Shown here: one piece after another, positions 38,355-50,166 of the stretch
How positions within the stretch are numbered: the first letter of the stretch is position 1
Layout of the letters: each line of letters starts with the position of its first letter
Notes under the pieces: model-generated
What the model was told of the DNA's origin: nothing
The model's database searches: none
What the model saw: only the letters and a program-made list of their open reading frames with translations
Made by a program: the position numbers and the translations under genes
Assembly: GCA_951406725.2 (NCBI GenBank)
Contig: OX597822.1
Span: 50,220,001 to 50,284,000, forward strand
DNA length: 64,000 nucleotides
Direction of reading: 5' to 3'
From: Octopus vulgaris
Taxonomy: Eukaryota

Positions 38355-38405
38355 TTATTATCATTATTATTATTATTAATATTATTATTTTTATTTTTAT
38401 TATTA

Positions 38406-38465
<60 letters not shown>

Positions 38466-38467
38466 CT
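37949..38467. repeat. About 520 bp imperfect (TTA)n array
   Basis: Directly visible; source of the poly-I/poly-L ORFs. Confidence 0.95.
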
Positions 38468-38705
38468 TAATACGTCGCACAGTATCCAATATTGTGATGT
38501 TGATTGAAAATACTATGTCTACCGGGGGTTTGTATTGCCTGTCATGTCACAAGAAGGACTTCAGACGGATATTACATTACGCAATACGCGTGCGGTTGCT
38601 AACAATACCGATTTTTGCAATAAATTTATATGGTAGGTTATCTCTAAAGTTCCCAGTTGCTTCTTTAGGTTGCGTGGTATTGAATCCAGTGCCCCGATAA
38701 CAATA
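38468..38705 (-). mobile_element. R4/Dong-like 3' end (fourth subfamily)
   Basis: GALDSIPRNLKKQLGTLEITYHINLLQKSVLLATARVLRNVISV*, then 3' UTR and (TAA)n. Confidence 0.75.
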
Positions 38706-38777
38706 GGAATAACCTTTATGTTTTACTCACGTTGGTGCGTTATGTCGATTATACATTGATGTAAGAATAGGTTGTTG

Positions 38778-38835
38778 TATAAAGCTTGAAACACGTGTAC
38801 CGCGACATCCTTTGTGTTCTGTTTTTTATTTCATT
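38778..38835 (+). repeat. 3' half of the hammerhead family found at 48994-49373
   Basis: AAAGCTTGAAACACGTGTACCGCGA...CCTTTGTGTTCTGTTTTT. No CTGANGA is visible upstream. Confidence 0.75.
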
Positions 38836-38869
38836 TAATGCATATACCCTCTCACCTCTGCTATTAGCT

Positions 38870-38919
<50 letters not shown>

Positions 38920-38939
38920 TATTAAATTTAAAACTTAGC

Positions 38940-39160
38940 CAGGCTCATGGGCCCAGTTTCCCCGGTTTCAATGGCATATGTGTTCTCCAGCTGGACGGGA
39001 CGCCAGCAGTTCATCACAGCGTTACTAATTTTTGCCAGCTGAGTGGACTGGAGCAACGTGAAATGAAGTGTTTTGCTCAAGAACACAACGGTCTAGAAAT
39101 CGAAACCACAATCTTATGATCATGATGCTGGCACCCTAACAACTAAGCCACGCGCCTCCA
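38940..39160 (-). mobile_element. tRNA-derived SINE family C (CORE/V-like central domain)
   Basis: TGGAGGCGCGTGGCTTAGTTGTTAG (A-box) ... GGTTTCGATTTC (B-box) ... GTGTTCTTGAGCAAAACACTT...GCTCCAGTCCACTCAGCTG. Confidence 0.8.
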
Positions 39161-39179
39161 TACACTCATACACACACAA

Positions 39180-39212
<33 letters not shown>

Positions 39213-39379
39213 CTTATACGCATTGCATTTCTCCTGCTCATATAACGTGGGATATATATACCGATGGCGGTGTTGTTTGTGTTATCAAGTCCCGTACATC
39301 TATGCGCATCTAATTATAGCTATTTTTTCGCCTGGGAATTATGAGATTACCGTCTGCTCTGTGAGTGTCATTATATTTA

Positions 39380-39740
39380 CCACGAGTTAGTCAAAATAAT
39401 CGTATATATGTATTGAACGCTGAACCTTCTATGTTACCTTCCCTTATACGCCCTATAGACACATTTTTGAAGACACGGCACAATTCTTTGCAAGCTGTCA
39501 TCATATGTGAGCCATTCCCCCCGCAAGCATTTCCTCTAATATTTTTGTAGAAGGCATAAGGAAGCCGACCTAATATTTTTGAAAACAGAGATAATTCTCT
39601 GTCATTTCTTGCCATATCCTCAGTGATATTGTTTAGCCACTTGACAATGCCTTTGTGACATAAAAATATGTTGTTTTGATGTGAGGCAGAACGATATTCA
39701 GTGGTTTTATCTTACACGCAAATATGCTAACAACATGCAT
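39380..39740 (-). pseudogene. Possible hAT (Buster/ZBED5-like) transposase remnant
   Basis: NITEDMARNDREL resembles RRI.DMA.D.E.QL, and NIRGNACGGNGSHM resembles the CTDGA.AM region. Highly decayed. Confidence 0.35.
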
Positions 39741-40718
39741 ACTTCATTGTCTAAACTTACCATTTCTTTTCTATTTCAGTCCAATAAATTCTTAATGACG
39801 ATATTTTATTTTATTTCTCTTTGTTCAATCATTATAACTGCATTTCAGTTGAGCATTTAAAAATCAGCTAAATTCTGACAGGATTATTCGTTATATTTAT
39901 ATTTGAAAAACTATGAAAATATATCCAAAGATGAAAGTCCTCTCTCACTCCTGGGCCATGGGGTGACGCTGAAATGTTTTCTTATTATCGAGGTAATCAT
40001 TGTTATTACGACTATTCGTCAGGGCACTGATATACACATCAAATAGGAACGACTACAACAGCAACAGTAATATGAATAATACTCATAATGCTACGAAAGT
40101 ATATTGATGATAAAAAAACCATATTATATGAGCTTGTAAAATAACATTTTCTTCTATGTTTTCTTATATAATAATAAGGTTGTTTGACTGATTCGGATAG
40201 AAGGAATAATGTTTTGATTTGATAATATAGAAGCACGTTGAGAATATATCATCTTTAGAAGAATTAAATGGAAATAATGAATAAACAAGCAGAGACATTA
40301 AATTCAGTTTCCAAAGAAAAGATATTCTTTACGTTACCTATATAGTTAGATGATTGTTATATTATCCATTCTAACGTACATTCCTCATTCACTTTCATTT
40401 TTATTCGTTATTTTTTATGTCTTCTTCAATCAATAAAATCATTTGAAGTAGGTTTGTACCAGTAGCAATTTCTGTAAGTAACACATCAGACATTGGTTAC
40501 AATTTAGCAACGAAATAGCGAAAAAGAACGGAGAGAATAACGTGATTCTGTAAAAGCAAGAGAAAGAAAAGTAACAAACTTCGATTTTTTTTTGTAGGTC
40601 TGTCTCCAGTACATGTTTGTTTGTCTTTCTTTGTATCTCAGTTCTACCTCGCGCTCTTTATTTCTCCTTATCTTCCCTCTGTCCTCTCTCTCTCTCTATC
40701 TACTCAGCCTCTTTCTCG

Positions 40719-40755
<37 letters not shown>

Positions 40756-41789
40756 ATACACGCACTCACATACGCATACATATGTATACACATATACACT
40801 AACACTTATAATACATGTGTGTATGCGCGTGTGTTTGTGTGCGTGAGTATGTACGTGTACACATATATACATAACACATACGGACCAAAACCACTTTTTA
40901 CCTCTCTTCCAATCATTCATTGAGAATCTTCAATGATATGCATAATAGCTTTACTTGTTGGATTGTCTATATGTGTGTAAGAATATTCATGTATATGTAC
41001 ATATTTTCATGGTGGGGAGGGAACAAAGCCAGAAATTTCCTCGCTCGCAAATGTGCACGTACACATACATACAGACACATCTACACATGCCCATACACAC
41101 ACACCGGCACACACACTCACACACATGCATATAAAGTCAGAGTACATGAGGGTGTAAGGTAGTGGGGGAATATGTAAAGTAGAATAATTTTTCAGTAATT
41201 TACTATATACGTCAACCGTGTCGCGTCTTGTGTAAATCCATTATGATATTGAGATCGTCAAGAAATTTCTTAGTACATAAAATTATATATTATTATAAAT
41301 AATGGATACTTCATATTCGTCTTTGCTAGAATTGCTAAGTGGTGCAGGAGTTTAGTGAAAACAGTTTTCACTTATAAGCAATGCGTGCCTAGAGCAACGC
41401 AAAGATATATAGTCACACAAACACACGTTTTGTACACGAATTTACATTCGAATTATCACTTCTTAAATATACAATCTAATGCATTAGAACTATTATCGTA
41501 AGACTTACGATTGTTTCCACATTTCTGTTCATTTTTTATAGAAATCTTAGCAACTATCATTATCCATATTTTCTGAGCTTGTCTACATGCACTCACACAT
41601 CACACATACAATGACACATACAAATCTAACCTTCACGCACGCATGCACACACACACACACACTCACACACACATATGTATGTATGCATGTATATATATAT
41701 AAATTACATACAAAATATTACATTCCTTCATAGATTGTCAAAAACTTTTGCGATACAATGATAAGAAGTACAATGAACAACAGCATTTT

Positions 41790-41965
41790 TTTCCCTCTGT
41801 CTTCCTTTCTCTGGATCTTTCCATCTCCTATGTTTCCTACGAATAGCTCCGCTCGAAACGTTGAACCCTCCTTCTTTCCTTCTTTCCTGAGCGTCCAATA
41901 ATACTATATTTGTTCCACGTCCTCGCGTTGTTGTGTTTTTTTTTTGTGCTTTCATGCTTGGATTA

Positions 41966-41968
<3 letters not shown>
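41790..41968 (+). mobile_element. Penelope pLTR-like fragment
   Basis: TAGCTCCGCTCGAAACGTTG...TTTCCTGAGCG...TAATAC, paralleling the layout of 27380-27630; ends at (TA)n. Confidence 0.5.
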
Positions 41969-42003
<35 letters not shown>

Positions 42004-42005
<2 letters not shown>

Positions 42006-42417
42006 CGCAGGAGTAGCTGTGGTAAGTAGCTTGCTAACCAACCACATGGTTCCGGGTTCAGTCTCACTGCGTGGTATCTTGGGCAAGTATCTTCTGCTAT
42101 AGCCCCGGGCCGACCAATGCCTTGCCTTGTGAGTGGATTTGGTAGACGGAAACTGAAATAAGCCTGTCGTATATATGTATATATATATGTGTGTGTTTGT
42201 GTTTGTGTGTCTGTGTTTGTCCCCCTAGCATTGCTTGACAACCTATGCTGGTGTGTTTACGTCCCCGTCACTCAGCGGTTCGGCAAAAAGAGACCGATAG
42301 AATAAGTACTGGGCTTACAAAGAATAAGTCCCGGGGTCGATTTGCTCGACTAAAGGCGGTGCTCCAGCATGGCCGGAGTCAAATGACTGAAACAAGTAAA
42401 AGAGTAAAGAGTAAAGA

Positions 42418-42420
<3 letters not shown>
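42004..42420 (+). mobile_element. SINE family B, young full-length copy with (AAAGAGT)n tail
   Basis: A/B boxes present, near-identical to 30553-30947, flanked by (TA)n on both sides. Confidence 0.92.
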
Positions 42421-42458
<38 letters not shown>

Positions 42459-43479
42459 TGCAAATGCACTAATAGCCACGAACTGATACGCGCATGACAT
42501 ATCCATTTCCATTTTGCATAATATTTGAAGAGAAAAGAACAAGGCTCCAGTGTTTGTAGACATAGAGAGGTTTTCCTAGAAACTTAAATCACTTCCGTTG
42601 TTTTATTGTTCCTACGTTATTCTAAAATAAGAAAGCATCGTTCTGATATCACGCATGAGATATATAAATTTCTCTACTTTTTGCCACTTGCTCGTACTTC
42701 AGCTTTGAGATGCGTTAATTATTTACGCAACCTTTCCTTTATACCTCCCACGTCACTGCATATGATCCTCGTTCTTTCACAATATTACATTCGCATATAT
42801 TTTGAATGTTTTCGGAACCACTTACTATTTTTTTTTTTTTTTTGCTGAGCTGTTGTTCATTGTACCTCTTATCATTGTATCGCAAACTTTTTTGACAATC
42901 TATGAAGGAATGTACTAGTTTGTATGTAATTTATTTGGAATATTGCCTGTCCTCCTGATATTCCCTATATTCTCATATATCTTGCCCCGCAATTGGCGTA
43001 CTGATATTCATTTTAAATAATCTGCATATATCTTATATCTTGTACTTAGAACATTTCCAACAAATGCGATTACTTGTTCGACAAATGTCATTATTTTACT
43101 CTCAGTTTTTTAAAAATCATTAATTGAATACTACGACGTAGGCACAGTAACCTTTTATGTATCAAAATAAAATTACTCTTCATCTTCCGGATAATTTCAG
43201 ACATAACTTTCTAATATCGATTTTTAAAGTACATTTTATATTCTTTCTACGATGCAATTTTCTGATTTCGTTTTGATCTAAGATCTCAAAATTATCACAC
43301 TTTTTACTCAAATGACAGTCATGTTTGATTAGTATCACTTGAGAGTTCAACAAAATTCTTTAAATTATATCCTCCGTTATTTTGTGCGCTGCGTCTAAAA
43401 TTTACCGAGGACAGCGATTGAGAACTCTCGTACGAATTTCTGTACTCAATGAACTGCAGGCCTTTTGCCGTCATTTGTT

Positions 43480-43810
43480 TCGTATTGGCTCCTGTTTTCT
43501 CATTTTTATTGGTTCCTCTGAAACTGTTGGGCTATATTGGTTGGCTGCTGTCAAAACAACCGTTTCCGCTAATTTTGTTTTCGGGGTTTCTTCGGTTTCA
43601 GGTTCATTCTGGGAGATGCAGCTACCTTGTCTAACTGTTTCAGCATCTCGCATGTTTTACCCTCCTTTATAAAAAGACTGTTGTGTCGTCCATGAAGGCT
43701 TTTAGAGGTGTTATCCAAATTCCTTCTCCGTGTTCTGTTGGTGCTTACCAGCTCATAGATGCCTTCAGGATGTCCTCTAAGACAGCAAAGATTCCATCGT
43801 GTTGTTATAA
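43480..43810 (-). pseudogene. HERO/NeSL-like (R2-group) reverse transcriptase fragment
   Basis: TPLKAFMDDTTV followed by LDKVAASPRMNLKPKK (AFMDD...ARM.FKP.KSR pattern) and PTVSEEPIK. Confidence 0.7.
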
Positions 43811-45530
43811 GTAAACTCTACGTGAATTGTGTTGCTGTACATCGTTCATATGATTAAAATGATTCTTTATCCGTATTTGTAGAAAATAAATGTTTATTAT
43901 TGAACTGTCCAAAAGTACATTAAAACATCACCCAAATATATATTTTAGTTTCCTAGTTTTCATATTCGGAATTGCCGCAAAATAGAAGATATTTCTAAAG
44001 TATGCATATAACTTTCAGAAAAATCATTGTGTATAGTATAAAGTTATCGAGGAGTTGCATATTTCGATAATCTTCTGAAAGTTTCAGTAACAAAAATAAT
44101 ATATTGCTAGAATACTTACACAACTGTCGAAATGAACTGCAAAGTTTAATCTATATAATCCAGAATACATACTTAACTCTTTGGATATTCTGTTTTCCTT
44201 TATTTTTTCTGAAATTGTGTGTATTACGGATTTTTCAATATGTAAGTTCGGGAAATTTTCTATTGACAATTAATAGATATTTAAAATAACCAATGTTGCG
44301 ACTCGTATGTTTTTAGATTTTACGATAAATTGCAATGCTATTGTTCTCGGTACAGTTATTTATAATTTTACCGCTTTCATATTTCAGTATACGTAGATGT
44401 AGAGATAAAAAAGCAGAATACTAGGAAAAAAATATTCCAGGAAATCAATAGCCGTATAACTATAAACAGGAACTTAAGCTTATTCAAGTGTTTATTAAGA
44501 TGTGCGCACACACACACAGAAGCACACACACATGCACAAACGCACACACACACGCACACACACACGCACAAACGCACGCACAAACACGGACACACACGCG
44601 CGTACAAACGCTACGCACACATATATACTCATATTTATTGATTGTATGCAACAAGATATAGCAAGATGTTTTTCTTATAATCGTTTTGGATATGAAACAA
44701 AAATACATCTCCTTAAAATTCTTAAAAGCTATTTTATCAGCATTACAGCACCCATGTATTATATATGGAAACAAGTATACATTACTAATTATATTCATAA
44801 CTATTAAGCATTTATTGTCTTTATAATCTTTATTCATCGTATGTTTAAGAGAGTGGACGTCGTTATTACATTATTATGTCTTTACAGATTTACAACACTA
44901 TTAACACACCAAGATGTATAGAAACAAATATGAATAACTAATTATATACACAGCCCATTAGTATTTATTTGATTTTATAATATGCATTAAGAATATGTGA
45001 GCAAGTGTTTATGCAATAGTTGATAAGGTTCATTGCATGTTCTTCGGAAGGGGGCATTTCTCATCTTGCTTTTGGCACTCTGTTTGCTACTATACTAACG
45101 AACTTATACTCGAGTGAGTTTAGAGTAACGGCAGTCCAATGGCATCATCGTAATACTGGTATTTCGTTTGTCTCATGTGTTGTAAGGTATTTAACCAAGA
45201 ATCTTTAAGATATTTAACCATTTCCGGGCTCAAACTGTGGGAGGAATGTGGTATACATATATGTCCTCCTACATTTTTGATGGAAATTCTGTAGTTAAAG
45301 AGAACGTTCTAGTGGTAACTAATATACTGCATCCTAGACCTTACCGATTTCATTACACACAGGCTTCTAGAAACGGGTGGATAACATCAGTTAAAAATAT
45401 ATTAATCGTTGATGCTATATCAGTTATATTTTCTAGGCTTTATTGTGGGCTCTAAGCCTACAGTAAGTCTGGTAAGTTGATCTTAATTTGATGGAAGTAC
45501 ATATCGAGATTAAATGAATATTTCAAAACA

Positions 45531-46000
45531 TATTGGATTATCCCATTAATAATGCGTTTTTTAATACTCGTTTTATTTTCAATATTAAGAAAAATAAAGA
45601 TATATTTTTAATTTAAAATATACTATCCTTCATTTTCTGCAATGCTTTTCCATCTATCTCGTAGACTTGTAAGGCCCCTCTTCCAAAATTCATTTGTCCT
45701 TGAAGAAATATACTCCCCCAGTACTGTTCTGATATCGTCTACAGAATTCATGTATTTTCGTCCAAATGATTTTGAAGGCTGCGGAATGAATGATAATCAG
45801 ATGGGGAAATGTCCGACAAATCTGGTGGGTGAGGCATCGTATCCCATTCAAACTGTTCCATCCTTTGGAATTTTATCCTCACTGTATGGTGTCGATGAAT
45901 GATTGAATGACCAAATCCAAGCCTCTTTGCTCGTTCCTCTGCAGTTACAATGGGATTGTATTCCAGCAGGGTTTGCAGGGCGTCCTGGTCGAGCTCTACA
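45531..46000 (-). mobile_element. Internally deleted mariner, same family as 16455-17035, with 3' TIR
   Basis: VELDQDALQTLLEYNPIVT joined to WDTMPHPP..SDISPSDYHSFRSLQNHL...FWKRGLTSLRDRW; ends ATGGGATAATCCAATA. Confidence 0.88.
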
Positions 46001-46054
46001 GGACGTCCTCCTCGAGCTCGACGAAAATAAACACCTTATATATGGTATGACTCA

Positions 46055-46085
<31 letters not shown>

Positions 46086-46461
46086 CCCGTATCTATCTAT
46101 TATCTATTTATCTATCTCTATCACTTGTGATAATATTTGACACGATTAATATAGGAAACAAACATGCAAGCTCAAACATTGAGGGAATATTATGACGTAT
46201 AGTATGCACACTGTTTCTAGCTACCCTATCATCTATCAAATATCGTACCCCGAAACCATTCATTGCTACTTAAAATTTTAGCAGTACAACTATTTCTCAA
46301 AATGCTTCAGTATTGAAGTTACAAATGAGATATAAAACAGCGTCTCATTACATAAAATATACTCCTCTAATTTTTGGTAGCATCCAATTGATATACTCTT
46401 TAATATTGCCTAATAACAATTAAAAAAACTTGGTCAGTATATCTTATGCTGGTAATAAATT

Positions 46462-46524
<63 letters not shown>

Positions 46525-46559
46525 TTCCATACATACATGCATTCATTTAGAGATAAAGT

Positions 46560-46790
46560 TCAAAGGTTCCAAACAAGTTTTAATAAATTAAACTATTAAA
46601 GACAAAAACAAGGACTATACTATCAAATGGCAATTAATTTCGACTACGAAAGCATACAGACCTGGAACTAAAATATGTGACCTATATTTAGAAGAATTTT
46701 ACCACATTTTTGCACATCAGGAAACTGAGATTTACGCAGAAAAAAATGAAGAATAAACATTTAAACAAGAGAATGTTTTGTAATATCGGA
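46560..46790 (+). pseudogene. Penelope-like GIY-YIG C-terminal remnant
   Basis: KDKNKDYTIKWQLISTTKAYRPGTKICDLYLEE (Y.I.W.I...Y....C.LC..E pattern). Confidence 0.75.
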
Positions 46791-46927
46791 CAATAAGTGA
46801 TTTTCGAATCAAAACTTCAATTGATGATTGTCCGCGTCTCACTTAACGAGCAACTCTACATCACACAACACACAACAAAAAGGTGAACGAAAAACTTCAA
46901 AAAGTAAAATCGAAGGATATTAAGTAA

Positions 46928-47013
46928 AGACCCTGAAGAAACTGCACTGGAATTATAGTAGGGTTGTTTTTGCAACGGTTACTAACCGGTGCAGTTGAAA
47001 CATATGTAGGTCT
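46928..47013 (+). ncRNA. Type I hammerhead ribozyme, intact core
   Basis: agacc CTGAAGA aactgcactgg...ccggtgcagtt GAAA catatg TA^ggtct: 5 bp stem I, 11 bp stem II base (one G-U), palindromic stem III ACATATGT, GUA cleavage triplet. Confidence 0.88.
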
Positions 47014-48062
47014 ATGAAAAGCTGTATATATACAAAAAGAATTAAAAGGAATACTATGCAGCTTCGTAATAAACCATATTATTATTATTATTATTGTTGA
47101 TGTTATATACTCCAGGAAACATGTATGGTTACAGTAATATATTCAGAATTGTCCAACGGTATATATCTCTAAATTCTTATCTTATAGAATATTATTGGAT
47201 TTATATCTTTACTGTTAAATAACCTATTCTGAATACCTGAGAGCAAACTGATAAGCATTTGGGTGTAACCCCTTACTATTTACACACACACACACACACA
47301 TACACACACATATATATATTATGCTGGTGGTACACCAGCATGGCAACAACCTTTGGCCTAAAGCATGTGAAAGAATAAAAGAATAAAAAATTATGCGGTA
47401 GAAAAGTAGATAGCACTCGATCAGGATAATCTTATAATAAAAAGAAATCTATTAACCTATATATATCTACCCAAAGATTCTTGGTCGAAATAATAGTTCA
47501 TTCGACCATTTATCAAGCTGAAAACATGACCGTTTGCCAGGTCACATTTGAGCATATAAAGTTTAAACAAGAGACGCTTAAACAAGAAAAATACACATGG
47601 GAGATAACTAACGTTATAGTAATGCGAGGTCAATCAGACGTAAACAAGATGATAATGGTTTACTAAGTGTCCACTGATGCACTTTCAAATTACAATATAT
47701 GCATAGATAAATACATACATATATATGTATATGTGTGTGTGTGTGTGTGTGTGGACATCGCTTTTAATCTATTAGGTATAGTCATTGGACTGCGATCAAA
47801 CTGGAGCACCACATTTCAGAAGCTTAGTCGATAACCTAATTGAATTATCAGAGTCGTAATTACTTAGAGAATCGAAAGCTAGTTCAGGAAAATTGTCAAC
47901 GGTTAATTTCGCAATACACATTATCTATTCGACTCTTGTGTATAGATTTAGAATTGAGATGTTACCTAATTTTCTGTTTATTATGCACTGCTACACAAAC
48001 ACACAAACCCACATGAATATGCATAAATATCTACATATACATATATATTAATGAATATACAC

Positions 48063-48120
<58 letters not shown>

Positions 48121-48307
48121 ATGTGTGTGTGTGTGTATGTATATATATATATATATATATGCATATACATATATATATGTATATGCATATATTTATATAT
48201 AATGTATATGTGTATACATGTATATATATATGCATTTATATATACATACATATATTGTATATATATATGTGTGTGTGTCTGTGTTTATGTGTGTGTGTGT
48301 GTATATA

Positions 48308-48780
48308 TACGGGGAACTGATCGATTTTATTACGCAACATTTTAATAAGGATAAGCCAATTCACAAGTATTTACTCACAGTCATCTTTTATTTTCTGTCT
48401 TACAATTGTTCAATGTGGCTACTACTTGCAGCACTGGCAACATCATTGCGATAAAACAATTCGTCCCAGATACATGTCAGCATATCATGATTCACTGAGT
48501 TAATCGCTGTTGTTATTCGCTGCTTAAGGTCATCGAGGTTAGTGGATAGCCGTGGAACATTAACGCGATCTTTTCATATCTCACAATATGAGGTCTGGGG
48601 AACTCGCAGGTCAAGCAGATACGCGTCTGGGAGGGATTCTCTTATTGCATTGATTGACTCGTGCTGCAGGTAGTGGCCACATTGAACACCTGTAAGACCG
48701 GAAATAAAAGTGTGATTTTCTATTACCTTTCCTTATTAAGATATTTCGTAATGAAATCTGTTTATTCTTTTTGAATAACG

Positions 48781-48784
<4 letters not shown>
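48308..48784. mobile_element. Foldback (3'-3') Tc1/mariner-superfamily derivative
   Basis: Minus strand reads *PASSPDL...DRVNVPRLSTNLDDLKQRITTAINSV...SHIEQL*. The plus-strand right arm reads AAGSGHIEHL* plus 3' terminus. The arms are inverted copies of the same 3' end, in a (TA)n context. Confidence 0.8.
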
Positions 48785-48847
<63 letters not shown>

Positions 48848-48993
48848 ACTGAAGGCCCGATGGTTTCGTACGCTGGCACTAACTTATCTATATATATCTT
48901 ATATCTTCCGTTTTACATTTGGCATATATATATATATATATAAATATATATATATATATCAAACATAAATTAAAAACAGAATACAAATGTTTC

Positions 48994-49090
48994 CGCGGTA
49001 CACGTGTTTCAAGCTTTAAACAATCTGTTATTACATTAGCATAGGTATATTATTGATATTAAAGATGGTTTAAAGCTCTCTTCAGCCGCA
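48994..49090 (-). ncRNA. Type I hammerhead ribozyme (left arm of foldback)
   Basis: tgcgg CTGAAGA gagcttta...taaagctt GAAA cacgtg TA^ccgcg; stem II closes with G-U. Confidence 0.82.
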
Positions 49091-49272
49091 ACCAATGCTA
49101 CTCGAAACATTACATCACAAATTCAAAAGTACACGTAGTATTACCCATTATAATAGGTTTATCATATCTCTTTGAAAAGGTATATTATATAAAGGTTTGT
49201 TGGATTTCAAAAATCTGCCCTTACTCTACCAGCATTCAGCATAGAATGATGTAATCTTTGGACTAACAATGG

Positions 49273-49373
49273 TTGCGGCTGAAGAGAGCTTTAACCCAAC
49301 TTTTATATCAATAATATACCTATGCTTATGTAATAAAATATTGTTTACAAAGCTCGAAACACGTGTACCGCGA
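49273..49373 (+). ncRNA. Type I hammerhead ribozyme (right arm of foldback), intact core
   Basis: ttgcgg CTGAAGA gagcttt-(56 nt)-aaagctc GAAA cacgtg TA^ccgcga; predicted cleavage after 49367. Confidence 0.88.
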
Positions 49374-50088
49374 TATCCTTTGAAACAGAATACACTTCCA
49401 ACTATTCTTTCCTAAAGATGTGAAAATCAGAACTACACTCAAAAACAGGTTCACACACATCTAAAAAGCAGAACCCTATCCCCTACCAAAAAATACAAAA
49501 AAAAATAAAAGCCCATGCTTAACAAACCCATCCCACACGAAATAATTACCAACGACGGCCCTCTAAAGCACCACACTGGAACATGAAATATAAGGACACA
49601 CTGTTCAAGCCCCATTCAAGAACCCGCACCATAAATCACGGCGAGAGGGAATTACACAATGACAGGGGACAACCAGATAACAGCTATTATCTCAACCACC
49701 TTCAACAGTTTTAGACCCAAAACTAAGACACAGGGATACGAGATGGGACGAGACATACGAGATAGCACCAGACTTATAGGAGAAACCAAAAGTGATAAAA
49801 GTCGCCTAAAGCTGGCTTTAGGCACACTATCTGTGCCCTTATGGTAATTGCAAAGGGAGGTCATCCCTCTCTCGTAATCCTTAGTGATACGCACGGTCTG
49901 CAGTTTCGAGGTATCTGCCTCTTGTCAACGCACGGTAATCACCGGTTTACAATGAAAAGGAAGACCTGTTTGCAAATACTTATGGGTTTTTCTAGTAAAA
50001 TTATTTTAGCATTTTCTACCTTGCCTTATTTTCCTTATACATATCAACTTTTATGTTGCTTTTCAACATTCTATGTATATGTATGTAC

Positions 50089-50166
<78 letters not shown>

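Larger units (their letters stand above)
41701..42933. mobile_element. Element bounded by about 85 bp inverted repeats, with nested insertions
   Basis: 41701-41784 (ACATTCCTTCATAGATTGTCAAAAA...GTACAATGAACAACAGC) is the imperfect reverse complement of 42849-42933. Confidence 0.7.

Noticed and set aside
37885-38507. Long poly-I/poly-L ORFs, and the many [12 protein letters not shown] ORFs throughout the track
   Set aside because: They are translations of (TTA)n, (TA)n and (CA)n microsatellites, not genes.
39080-39160. tRNA-like A/B boxes (also at 200-289 and in SINE B heads)
   Set aside because: No complete cloverleaf, and each continues into a SINE body, so these are not tRNA genes.
39965-40030. 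Minus-strand CTGACGA...GAAAACATTTC hammerhead-like string (similar weak cases near 52500 and 60075-60130)
   Set aside because: Stem I and the base of stem II do not pair convincingly; at most these are heavily decayed relics.
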